DNA of 59,581 bases, counting the filler, from Sphacelaria rigidula (taxonomy: Eukaryota): assembly GCA_964200075.2 (NCBI GenBank). It is 6 parts of 6 records of this genome, joined end to end, with 100 filler letters (N's around TTAATTAATTAA, not from the genome) between each part and the next. Parts side by side here need not be neighbours in the genome. Positions count along the whole stretch, not along the records: positions 9,950 to 19,797 come from CAXNAA020007638.1; positions 19,898 to 29,744 come from CAXNAA020007639.1; 4 more parts are not named here. One strand, written 5' to 3'. The stretch's first letter is position 1. Every line of letters begins with the position of its first letter. The notes beneath the pieces are model-generated. The model did not search any database and was not told the origin of the DNA. It was given only the letters and a program-made list of their open reading frames with translations. The translations under genes and the position numbers were made by a program. This document shows positions 12,817 to 24,179 of this stretch, one piece after another.

Positions 12817-15800
12817 CTTGGAGATCACGCCATCAGGGATGAGTGATTTCCTCCTCCGCTTAGATCCAACCCGCCGTGGTTTATTGCTTGCACCTGTGGC
12901 AACCACCGTCTCGTTCTCCCGCACCTCCCGTCGTGATTGTTCCTCAGTCGCCTCCCCCCGCCCCTTCTCCTCGCTGCAGTCGACTTCCTTCCTGCTCCCA
13001 CCCGCCACTGCAGCCATCGCAACCGCCGACGCCGATGGTGCTCTCGCCGTCCCGGCTGGTGACTCCGCCACAACCTCCGTCGCTCCCCTTTCAGTCCGCT
13101 CTCCAGCCCACCGGTAGTTAGGCGCTCGACTGGCTGCTGGAGTGCGGCCCGGAGGCCGCCCGGCTCTCTTCCTCTTGCCCCCTGCAAGAGCGTCGGCGAC
13201 ATCAGCTGGCGCCGGCGCCGAATTTGTCGGGGTCAACGAGGGCTGCTGAGCTGATACAGCTGAAGACGAAGCATGGTCAACGCCGGGTGTAGCGTGATTC
13301 ATTCCCGCCGCCGTCGATGTTGCCGGTGCTTCCGTTGATGCTGTTGTTGCGCAAGACGGCATGTTGACGCTAGCCTCTACGCTTACATCTGCAGCAGGCT
13401 CGCCGCCGGCCAGGTGGGAGCTTGCGGAATTACTGCCAGCGACAGCGGGACCAGGAGAGGCCTCATCGTTCCCGGCTGCATAATCGCCGCTCTCGTGGCT
13501 TATCGTTCCTGCTCTCGACCTATGCAACCGGTCAACAGTTTCTAGCGGACTACACGCACGGAGCGTCTTTTCCGCCGTCCCTGTCGCAGCGGCCAGCGGT
13601 GACACTGAGCTTCGGCGCCGACGACTCCTACTGCTATCGGGTGGATTGCCGGAACGAAGGATACGCGGCGACGACACGGGTGAGCGTTTACAGCGCTTCT
13701 TCTTTCTTGACCCGGGCGGCGAACTCGAGTGCTCCCCTAATTGTTTCTGGGTAGCATATAACAGTCGCGCGATCGGGAAATGGGGGGCAGTAGCGGCGGG
13801 GGCGGCGCGACGCGGGGAGGGGGGCGTACTCATTTGTTGCTTGCCTTAGTCGTGTGACCATTGACGCGGGGAGGGGGGGCGAATTGGGGGACAGTTGTTT
13901 TCGGGAGCAAGAGAAGGGGTGGCGACATCAAGTCGTGCTTACGGTGTAATCAACGAAAAACAACCGCACTTGTCCATAGCCACCGCTGAATACACTTGCC
14001 TACAGCGGGGCATTGTTGTTGTGATAGCCCTATGGTTGGGGGAGAACAGCCTTACGAGTGGGGAATGTGATGGACACATTAAAAACGAAGGGTCTGATCG
14101 CTTGTTGAGCGACATAAAATGCCGTGCTTCTTACGCTCCACTGCTGCATACAACGACACCACGGCGTGTTGTTCGTCTCCCACCGGGTTGCTATCGGTAC
14201 GGTACAACCCTCACCAGACAAAACTCCAGGAGTTCCTTTCTGCTGCAGTCTTCCCCCGATCCCTCTAGCAATCGGGCGCACTCTTTCACCTCGTCTACAC
14301 TCACGTACCGCCCTGCAGAATACATGGTGCGGCGAACGAAAGCAACGAACCGCGCGTAGCGAATAAGACAGAAGAATACGCAGCAGCAACAACCAGCAAT
14401 CGCGTCATGACTGCAAAAACAAAACTCGACGCGCTACAGTAATCAGCCGCATGAGCAAAAGTCCTTTTAACACCCGGACACAATTAAATATGGCGCCCGA
14501 AACGCCCAAAGAGATTGTCGACTTACCCAGGGCAGCGCATAGATCAGCCGCCAGGCATGGCACCTGAAAATATTGACCGAGACCGCACATGCACCACGCA
14601 TGTATGAAGGAATGTCGGACCATTCGTCGATTCGTAGGCAACAAGATCGGCGTTGCCCGCAACATCCGCGTCAAAGAGTGCACACACCAGAGGATCAAGT
14701 TGATAAGGACAGCAACAAACACAAACAAGGCATACACACGAATGGAAGACGGGGGGGGGAAACGAGGGGAAAGGGGATCATTTAGAAATAATAAGGGTTA
14801 TAGCTAGGTGGTGAGGCAGCGCGGGTTACGACTGTGGAGGGTACGAGGAGGGCGGGCGAGAGCAGTCATGCAACCAGGTGTGGTTGGTGCATTAGTCATC
14901 ACCATTTGTGCCCCCCCCCCCCTCCAAATGGGCGGGGCAACAGCCGACGAATATTCACGTACTTGCTTGATCGAATTTCGCACTGCCATTTCGTACTGCC
15001 AGAATAACGAACCTCCCTGACAGTGTCGACACTTGTCGACCCTTTTCGACTCTCCGTCTTCAATGTATCAAACCATATGGTGCACATTTCTACCTTCGCG
15101 ATGACGTCATGCGGTATCTTGGACGCATTCCTTCGCCGACGCCTTGGTGTCTCCTCGGCACCCCTCACTCCCTCCGCCGCCGGCCCGCTACCCCACGCCG
15201 GAGAGGCCAAATTCGCGCCCTCGGTCGCGCCCGTCATCCTCCTTTTAGCCTTCAACTTCACCGTCCTTGCCGCCGCCGCCGGCGATGAACGGCAGTCGTC
15301 GTTTCTGTTTCCGCCGCCGCCGTCCACCCCACAAGTAGCGGTCGTCGACAGTGGGCCCATGTCGCTTGTCGGCACTGCGGCCGCCGTCGCTGCAGCCGAT
15401 GGTTTGGAGGAAGAGAGGATCCCACTCTCGGTCGTCACACCAATGAAATCACTATAGATCTCCCCCGTCACTTCGTTGGTATTGTTATGTACATGGTTGT
15501 TGTCGTCGTCGTTGTCGTCCGTAGTGGTGGTGGCCGTGACGGCGGTGACGTTGCCGTCGTTGTGGTTTTTGGTGGTGGTGGTGCTCCTGCTGCTGCTGTT
15601 CTCAGGTGCACGCCGTGCTTCGCTGCGGATGGCGTCGGCTTCTGATTGACATGCTGTTGACACCGCCGCTGCCGCGCCCGCGGATCCATTCAAATTGAGC
15701 ATACTGCTCTTACTGCTGCTGCTGCTGCTGCTGCCGGCAACTGAAGGGCGAAGGATACTACCCGTCGCCGTCGCTGCCACAGCCGCTGCTGAAGAGCAAT

Positions 15801-18800
15801 GGGCTGCACCACCACTCGTGCTAGAGTCGAGAGCAGCACCGCTCCCAACGGCAACAGCAAGACCACAAGAACCAGCAGGAGTGGCAGCAGTACCGGCTGT
15901 GCCGACATCGGGAGCAGAGCGCACTTCTACGTTACCGCCGCATGCACCGCTGCCGCTGCCGCTGTCACAACTGGCACGCTGTTCAACAACGTGATTGCCG
16001 CTGAGAGGCCTATTCCCTCGAGTTATAGTTTCGATACCATCAGCAGCACCGCCGCAAGCCGATCGCCGTCTCCTGTGACATTGGTCTCTCTCATTGTTTT
16101 TCTTTTTTCCGACGGCAGAAACATCAATGCTTCCCAGAGCGCTATCCCGGCAAGCAGTATCACCAGCATCAGCAGCGGCATGAATACCAACGAGTCGGAC
16201 GGGTGGCTCGGCGCTTACGCCGGACATTAAATCGGTATCTATCGCGGGGGCGGGTGACTGTTGCTTTTTTCGCCGCACGTCCTAAACATTGAAGACATGG
16301 TGAGGAAAGAACGGCGATGGTGTGGGGATATGAGTACAGCAGAGTGACGAGGCAGGGTGGGCGGGGGATGGGGGAAGACGCGGGCGAGACGCGGGCGGGA
16401 AGGGCTAACGATAGGAATACGGGTGAAGACGGCCCTCAGCGCCTACATCACATGTGTTGATATTACAATCTCATCGACATCATCAAAATATTGTAGCGGA
16501 GCATGAGCACCACGAGGCTGTTTGTGAATCGCAGAGAGCAAATGACAGACACGGGGTGGACAGCCGAGTAAGGAACAAGCCAAGGTGTCACGAATAGTAA
16601 GCACAGGATCACGGCCACTCCATGTCTATTTCGCTCACGAACAATCCACCACAAAATGACGCCGCCCGCCGCTGTTTAAAAGTACTCTAGGCTTGCGTGA
16701 GTCCACATCGCGCGCCCGCCAAAAGGGGGCAACGTGACCGAACAGATAGCGTCAGTAACGTCGCGTGCAGTATCACACGAGGCTTCACGAACGGAAAATA
16801 TTCATACGCGGCACCAAATGCGTGTTCGATGTGTGTGGCACAAGATGGCGCACCCAGAAAGCGAAACAGCAGGATCTTGGCACGTGGCAAAAAAGAGTGC
16901 ATGAAAGAAAATGGAAGGGTCGCCTGTGGGACATATGGGTCATATGGGGAATAAATCAGCACCCAGAGAGACAAAAAGAGCGCGACTTACCAGACACGCT
17001 GTCAAAAGTCTCCTGCTGTCCAAACCCTCGCCCAGACGGTCCAGCTCGCGTAGCCAAGCCTTTGCCTCAGCCGTAGACACCCCTCGCCCTGTTTTTTTGG
17101 TATAAAGAAGTTCAAACATGAATAAAAGATTCGTCGAGGAAATTTTCCGAGCACGGTCAAGGAAGGCGTCGCGTACAAGTCCCATATGCTAACAAACCCC
17201 CCATGGAGAAGCGCCCAAACGCGCAGCGCGATACAGTACATTGAGCTGTAGTCCCACACCGCATGCTAGGGTGCACACAAGCGGGGCAGGTCATCGAGTG
17301 CCGTGGCACAGTCCTTCTGTATGTCAAACTGCATGTTATGTGCAGTAGATGCACGCAAGGCTCCATGGCCCGGATCGCCACGCGTACAAACAAGCTGAAA
17401 TCAGGATGCATCTGACTCACCCAGCGCCGAGTGCAGATCAGCAACAAGCCGAGGGACCTGCCACAAAACGAAGAGCGTATCGATCGATATTGCACGACGG
17501 CCAAAGCCGCACAAAATGGGTAGGGCAAGGGGACAAGCATTATTTTAGCTAAACAAAGCAGGGCGGGATTACCATGAGCCATCTTGCCAGATGAGGAGCG
17601 GGAGTGTAGCCCGCGCGAAGCGGAAGAGAAGCATAGAGAGACAACTGTTGTGAAACACAATGGCCAAGTTGCTGCACGCGTGACGTGCGGATCTATCGTA
17701 GAATACGGTGTATGCGACCCGCACGTAGTGTTCGGCACCCCCGCCCTGAATAACACCGCTGGGTGACGAAATTTCTTCTCTTTCAACAAGATGTCGGTAT
17801 CTATCTACAGTACTGTACTAGGGTACGTAGTATACCACACCCTGAAGGTCACTACAGGGTTATGGTTTCAGGTCCCAACATTTTATCATCCGGGGGTCGT
17901 TAACATCGTATTCTACGCTGAACGCCTGGAAGTATCCATCACATCTTCATCTTCAGCTCTCGCAGCGTCGGAGGTATGACCGAGTACGTTGAAAAACAAC
18001 GCGCGGCACTACACGCGCTCGGAAAAGCCACGAAACAACACCCGAGGGACAATGCATGCTTCGATAAATTAGAGCCTACGACGGCTACCGCAATACCCCA
18101 AAGAACGCTCGGATGCGGTAAATACTATTAGAATAACGACCAGCGATCGTCTGCCACCCCCCTCGGTCTGTATCATGTATTTACTTCATATTGGACCGCT
18201 TCTTATACTCTGAAATTGGACTCTCTGAGAACTGCCCTTCCTGAGCCTTTCATCGCGAATTTTGGCCAAGGTCCGTATTCCGCCAAAACTCTGTGATGAG
18301 AGGCTCAAAAAGGGCAGCTCTCAGAGAGTTCGTTTTCAGACTCTAAGAAGCAGTCTTAGCGTGGCGTCGCCCACGAACGGTAGGTTTCCATGTCCCTGCT
18401 GCATTTTCGGCGTCTCCGCTAGGAGAAAAAAAGAGGCACACATATCCATTACCTTCGCCATAACCTCAGGTGGAAACGTCGCCGCGTTCCGTCGCCGAAT
18501 CCTCCTCCCACCGCTCGATAATGCCTCATTGCCCTCAACCACCCTCGCACCACTGCTCGCGCCTGTACCCTCGTCTCCAGCCCGATCGCCGCCGAAGCCC
18601 ACTCCTTCATCCTCTCTGCTACTAGAGCCACGCTCATGAGAACGAGTCGAAGGGAACGAAGTGGGGGAAGATAATGAACTGATGCTTGCACCCCGCACTG
18701 CTTCCTCTATCGCCGCTTGCACCGACAGTGCTTCCTGGACCAACCACGGCGCACTAGGCGTTGGGGAGTCATTGGACGGGGTGGCAGCAGCACCTCCTCC

Positions 18801-19718
18801 GCTGCCATTGCCGACGCTGGACACGGACGTCCTCGGTACCGGTGAGGAGATCGAACACTCTTCAATTAGGCTGGCAGCCGCCGACTCCGTTAGTTCGGGT
18901 GGTGTTGGTACCGGGCTTGCAGCAAAGTAGTCCTGGTCTCCTGCAGCTGGGGAGATGGGACAACTGTCAGCTACTCCTTCAGCTGCTAAAGCAGACATGG
19001 TACGCTTGCTGGTTGGTGACTTCACGCTCGGGCTCGTCGTTGTTGCACCAAAGCTGTACTGCCCTTCTGCTTGGAATGACGGTAATATGTTCGCTGACGT
19101 TGACGGTAGCGACGGTAACAACCAAATCGGAGCTTGTTGTATTTTCTCAGCTGGCTCGGGCGACGGTGGCGTATTTTGCGTCGAGGCCGTCGACAGAGGT
19201 GTTGGAGCGGTGGTTGTGTCCGTGAAGGGGGCGGGACGAGGAACACGGTTACTGCTACTGCTGCGATTGCTGCTCGATACCGTTGAAGTGGTGATGGATG
19301 CGAACAACACCGGGGCACCGCTGTTCGTTGGGGACGGTGGTGGCTGCGGCTGTGGCGTTGCAAACCGTTCTGTCGGAGGCTTTAGCCTTTTAGATGGCGA
19401 TGGTGAAGAAGGACTTCGCGCCACGGCCGCTTCCACCAGCATCACCAGAGGGCTTGCACATGTGGAAATGGTGGTGGCTCGCAAGGGAGACCCAGCTACC
19501 GCCGCTTTCGCCCTCACCATAGCTGCCTGGGCCACACGGGTTTGTTTATCTGCTTCGTCGATTGTGGTGGTCCAGTTCGCGCTCGGTGCGTTTAGTAGTG
19601 GCCACAGAGCTGTGGGCTGGGGTGGCTCTGCTGGCAATTGAGGCCGGTGTTGTTTATCTTCGTTGCTGGTGTCACCGGGGGAGGAGATGACGCTGTTGCT
19701 GGATCCTGCTGTAGGCAT
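12817..19718 (-). CDS. Uncharacterised multi-exon gene with a repeated ~65-aa helical domain separated by S/A/T/P-rich linkers (partial; exons 19718?-18453, 17457-17421, 17088-16991, 16281-15094, 14563-14527, 14312-14215, 13746-12817)
   Basis: All internal boundaries are GT-AG and keep one open frame (37+98, 1188, 37+98, 930 nt). The three large exons end in RRR..(I/F)P..V(I/M)(A/S)K at phase-0 donors. The two 37-nt exons encode VPRLVADLHSALG and VPCLAADLCAALG. The two 98-nt exons encode RGVSTAEAKAWLRELDRLGEGLDSRRLLTACL and RYVSVDEVKECARLLEGSGEDCSRKELLEFCL. The 5' boundary is uncertain. Confidence 0.82.
13827..13862 (-). mobile_element. 36-nt LINE 3'-terminal insertion with ~18-bp target-site duplication
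   Basis: Reverse complement of the LINE terminus (atggtcacacgactaaggcaagcaacaaatgagta), flanked by direct repeats gacgcggggaggggggcg (13809-13826) and gacgcggggagggggggcg (13863-13881). Confidence 0.8.
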
Positions 19719-19797
19719 TATGAAGGAAGTCAACGGGGGGGGGGGCAGGACGCAGTTGGTCCTTGCCCTAGTCATGAGCATAGTGCGCGCCCACACC

Positions 19798-19897
19798 NNN
19801 NNNNNNNNNNNNNNNNNNNNNNNNNNNNNNNNNNNNNNNNNTTAATTAATTAANNNNNNNNNNNNNNNNNNNNNNNNNNNNNNNNNNNNNNNNNNNN
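19798..19897. other. Artificial contig linker
   Basis: N44-TTAATTAATTAA-N44. Confidence 0.98.
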
Positions 19898-19924
19898 AGG
19901 AGGGTCCGTTTCATCACGGTGGCC

Positions 19925-20320
19925 TCAATGCACTCGCAGCTAGTTCGTGCGAGGAGATGGCGTGAGGTAAATACCTGCACTGCTGTACCGACTAACAACC
20001 GTCGGATCGCGCCCTTGTATCAACGGGACGTGCCTCGGATAGTGCACAGCGTTCGGAGTGGTGTTTGGTTGCGTGAGTCAATGTGGCTTGCTGTAGGCGC
20101 TAGTTTTCTTAATTGGTATGTAGTAAGCCCTACCAAAAGTGGCATCTTGGCTCATGCACTCAACCGAGCTCGCGGTTGTCGATGTTGGCAGCGTGAGGTA
20201 AATGCCTGTACCGCTGAACCGACTGACAACCGTCGGACGCGCCTTTGCATCAACGGGACTTGTCTCGGATAGTGCACAGCGTCCGGAGTGGTGCTTGGTT
20301 GCATGAGTCAGTGTGGCAAA
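19925..20320. repeat. Two-copy ~230-bp tandem repeat
   Basis: gcgtgaggtaaat.cctg.ac.gctg.accgact.acaaccgtcgga...ggatagtgcacagcgt.cggagtggtg.ttggttgc.tgagtca.tgtggc occurs at ~19960 and ~20190. Confidence 0.85.
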
Positions 20321-20707
20321 GTTCGCGTGCAAAGCCATTGGCTTTAAAGCTTATTTTGCTATTTGGGTAGTAAAGCACGTGGTATTCTGAGCATTGTCAC
20401 GCTCCCTTTTTTTGCGGTGTGGAGAGGCCCACTCGCGGGTTGGCAAAGAAGACGGACTTGCTCGCTGTAACATCTTCCTGGTGGCGGTGTCGCGACGTTC
20501 AGCACGGTGGCCTGTTCACGCTCTTCTTGGTGATGATGGTAGACACACTTGAGTTTCCAAGATACTCAAGTTTACGACAGGGCGTCAGAGGGAGATATGT
20601 CACCACAAAGATGGGTTCTAGAGAGTGTTGATGTGTACCGATGACCTGGGTTGGAAAAGGAGCACCCGGGGTCCTTCGTAACAATCTCGAGCATTTTTGT
20701 GGGGTCT

Positions 20708-21962
20708 CACGAGCGGGTGGCCACCGGGTAGGCGCTCTGGGACATTGGGGATCTTCTATTAGCGCTGGGTCGGCCAGTGTATTGACTCGATGACGAGTAA
20801 CAGCGCGCAGTCGTTTCCTCCGGTCGAAGTGTGACGGGCGCGTGCAAGCACAAACGCGCACTTTCGAGTAGATGGAATATTCTGCAGTACCGTGGTGGTA
20901 GAGTACGAAGTTGGTCGTAGACGTATGCGCATGTAACCTTGTGTGTTGCATCTGCCCGACACGCCAAGACTTGATCCTACCAGCAGCTAGCCACCACGTC
21001 GGCGCTCTGGGACATTGGGGAATCTTCTGTTAGCGCTGGGTCGGTCCATTGACTCGGTGACGAGCAACAGCGCGCAGTCGTTTCCTCCGGTCGAAGCGTC
21101 AAGAGCGCGTGCAGACACAAACACGCAATTTCGAGTAGATGAAGGTTCTGTCATATCATAAATGGTAAAGTTCAAAGTTGGTCACCGAAGCATGCGTGTA
21201 CGAAAACTGTGTGTTGCGTCTGCCCGACACGCCAAGACTTGATCGCACGAGCAGCTGGCCACCGCGTCGGCGCTCTGGGACATTGGGGACCTTCTGTTAG
21301 CGCTGGGTCGGCCAGTCCATTGACTCAGTGACGAGGACCAGCGCGTAGTCGTTTCCTCCGGTCGAAGCGTGTAGGGCGCGTGCAAACACAAACGCTCACT
21401 TTCGAGTAGATAGATAAAGATTCTGCAGTACCGGAGTGGTAGAGTATGAAGTTGGTCATGGAGGTATGCGCTTGTAAAAGCTGTGTGTTGCACTCGCCTG
21501 ACACGCCAAGACTTGATTGCACGAGCAGCTGGCCACCGCGTCGGCGCTCTGGGACATTGGGGACCTTCTTTTAGCTATGGGTCGGCCAGTCCATTGACTC
21601 GGTGACGAGGACCAGCGCGTAGTCGTTTCCTCCGGTCGAAGCGTGTAGGGCGCGTGCAAAGACAAACGCGCACTTTCGAGTAGATAGATGAAGATTCTGC
21701 AGTACCGGAGTGGTAGAGTACGAAGTTCGTCACCGAAGTATGCGCGCTTGCTTGTGAAATTGTGTGCTGCACTCGCCTGACTTGCCAAGACTTGATTGCA
21801 CGAGCAGCTGGCCACCGCGTCGGCGCTTCGGGAAATTGGGGATCTTCTGTTAGCGCTGGGTCGGCCAGTCCATTGACTCGGTGACGAGGAGCAGTGCGCA
21901 GTCGTTTCCTTCGGTCGAAGCGTGAAGGGCGCGTGCAAAGACAAACGCGCACTTTCGAGTAG
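20708..21962. repeat. ~270-bp satellite, about 4.6 copies
   Basis: The unit gagcagctggccaccgcgtcggcgctctgggacattgggg...ctttcgagtaga starts at ~20710, 20982, 21249, 21523 and 21802. Confidence 0.93.
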
Positions 21963-22046
21963 AAAATCGTATTTTACACAATGGACAACGTGGAAGAAGT
22001 GGAGTCGTCAAATCCATCCTCAATTGCGTCAAGACCAATTCGTAAG

Positions 22047-22200
22047 CTTGTCACGGCCGGTTCTCCGTCAACAGAGCATGTGCTCTGTGGGGAAAAGTCA
22101 TGTTCATTAGATTATAACATAACAAAATTGATCGTGGCTTGATCAATAGTGTCACGGCCGGTGCTCCGTCAACAGAGCATGTACTCCATGGGGAAAAATC
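22047..22200 (-). repeat. Diverged, inverted copies (~1.5) of the 100-bp palindrome-bearing repeat at 28745-29575
   Basis: tgtcac..ccggttctccgt...taacaaaattgatc.gtggctt.gatcaatagtgtca matches the reverse complement of the 100-bp unit; period 100 nt. Confidence 0.7.
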
Positions 22201-22326
22201 ATCTTATATTGCGAACCAGTCTCCTGGTTTCTGGGAAACATCAGATGGTTCAAAGGCTGAACCATTATCAACACATAACTTTTGCTTAGAGAGAGCCACA
22301 CCTCGATCCATTATCCACAATTATAC

Positions 22327-22810
22327 ATGTCCACACCGGCGGTAGAATCCATTTACGACGCCATCCTGAAGAACAAGTTCGATATGTACAAGACATCCCT
22401 GGCCAGGTTGAGCATCGATCGCGAACAACAATCTCTCGTGGATATGAAGAGATCGGTTTTTATTTACGACACCAGGCAGGATGTGGCACATATATGTCAA
22501 TTTGAAGTAGAGCGATACGAGACAACCACGGGACGATCGCATTACATTAATACAAACGACATAAGTGCTATCTTCAGATGGAAAAATATAATCGGATACG
22601 CAAAAAAAGTACCACGCTCGCAAGTAGCTTGGCAACGATACTTCCGGGCGGATCCAAATGCCTCGTGTCATACTTGTATGGATTAAAGGTCACGAGATTT
22701 ATGTGTGAAAATTGTACGCCTATCGTGTGCTGCGGTTGTAAAAAGAAGACGGGTGCGGACAGGTGTCCAGCATGTAGAGTTGAAGTACAAAGAGTAATAA
22801 ATGAATCAAG
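22327..22810 (+). pseudogene. Intronless virus-like gene with C-terminal RING-type Cys cluster, frameshifted
   Basis: ATG at 22327 opens MSTPAVESIYDAILKNK...SCHTCMD. A frameshift near 22683 continues as RFMCENC..VCCGC..RCPACR, together giving four CxxC pairs in RING-like spacing. Confidence 0.65.
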
Positions 22811-22814
22811 ATCG

Positions 22815-23565
22815 TCACTTGAAAAACATGGAAGCCCAGGCGGAAGCCGTTCACTCACCCCGCGGCACTCTGGCTATTGCATCCCTTACAGATTTCCCTT
22901 GGTCCATGTGAGACAAAACGCCTTCCACGCGCTCATCCGTTGGCATGATACTAGCACGAATGAGTCGCTCTTGAACCAATGTCTCTCGAGCGGCGCGCGT
23001 CCCCTCGTAATCTAGCGCACGCTTGGCCTGGCGACTGTCCACACACGCGAAATCGTAAAAGCATTTTCAACGCGATAGAAAAACTTCCTCCTTAAGCCTT
23101 TCTTTCTCCACACTGCAACTAACCGGGGATGCACGAATTGCAAACGCCATATCCTCCTCGGGATCTAGGTTCTTTGTAATCCTCATGTGCTTCGTGGAAG
23201 ATCCGTCTGAAATCATGGCTACGTCGATCCACTCCTGCCTACGCCCCACATAGATCGTCCGTCCTGTCACCCATTTGCTTCCTCTCAGCATTCCAGATCC
23301 TTTTAAAAAGGATATTACGATTCTCCTCCAGTATATTAGGATCCTCCCCGGATACCTTACATTTTTCCCCGAATACGAAAGGTTTTACATCTACATCTAA
23401 ATCTTCCTCGTGACAGAGGATCTTCCGTGCCATGTCCAAATAGGTGCCCTTGACGTTCTTATCGAACACGATTCTCCCCCTGTAGTCATCACAGAACTTG
23501 TACAGCTTTTCCATGATTTCTCCAATGGGTATGGGGCTGTGGGTGGACTTTATCTTGATGGCCAT
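22815..23565 (-). pseudogene. Intronless hypothetical (virus-like) gene, disrupted
   Basis: ORF pieces 23565-23239, 23291-23067 and 23042-22851 read as one charged, protein-like sequence broken by one frameshift and stops. It abuts the RING gene tail to tail. Confidence 0.55.
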
Positions 23566-24000
23566 TTGGATACTATATGACGGGATGTATACCCCACCGT
23601 GATGAACTCGGGGCTCGTCGCCTCATCCTTCGTCAGGGCAGCCACCATTTCCGTGATGGTTTTCTCGTCTTCGACCTTCCCCATGTATTCTGCGTCCTGA
23701 AACTCCAGAAAGATGGCACGCTGGCGTTGATTGTTCCATTTCTTGTACAGTTTTTTATTTCATCCTCTTCTAGCACGTTGGAACCGTGTCCCGATGGAGA
23801 CTCGACCCCGGATCCTGACGCTGGGGGAGTGTCACCAAATCATCTCCCAGGGGATGTTCGTTCACACAACCCACCCACGCTTGGCCATTTCCTTCGTTCT
23901 CACTCGACATGAAGGAAGAACTATGGGGGCTCCTCAATGATCGAGAACCAGGTAGGGATTGTGGCAACAACACTCCTTTCGGCTTGGCAATGTTTGCCAT
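23550..24000 (-). pseudogene. Third intronless hypothetical gene remnant
   Basis: ATG at 24000 (MANIAKPKG) and a downstream protein-like frame KKLYKKWNNQRQRAIFLEFQDAEYMGKVEDEKTITEMVAAL that runs directly into the next gene. Confidence 0.4.
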
Positions 24001-24059
24001 TAACTTTGGGTGAGGGCACCAGACACAATTTGATTAGATCACGAGAGACGAGTGGCCAA

Positions 24060-24176
24060 TCGATTGTCAGATGATGTGTTCACAAAGTATGAATACTCCA
24101 TCCACGGAGAACCAGACATGACAAAATTGATCCTCGTTCGATTAATTTCATCATTATTTCGTTTGCCCTCCGACGA
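24060..24176 (+). repeat. Single terminal copy of the 100-bp palindrome-bearing repeat
   Basis: tactccatccacggagaaccagacatgacaaaattgatcctcgttcgattaatt, followed by atttcgtttgccctccgac, which also closes the 28745-29575 array. Confidence 0.85.
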
Positions 24177-24179
24177 TAG

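Noticed and set aside
12647-13868. Inverted repeats flanking the 345-aa ORF, as if it were a TIR element or a LINE-started intronless gene
   Set aside because: The repeats are two independent LINE 3' ends, one with its own TSD. The ORF is better explained as an internal exon (acceptor at 13747, donor at 12816).
15094-18500. TALE-homeodomain reading of RRRR..IP..V..K
   Set aside because: The downstream exons lack the PYP loop and the WF.N.R helix-3 signature.
20499-22038. Several 60-160-aa ORFs with repeated peptides
   Set aside because: They are by-products of the 270-bp satellite; the frames are not preserved between units.
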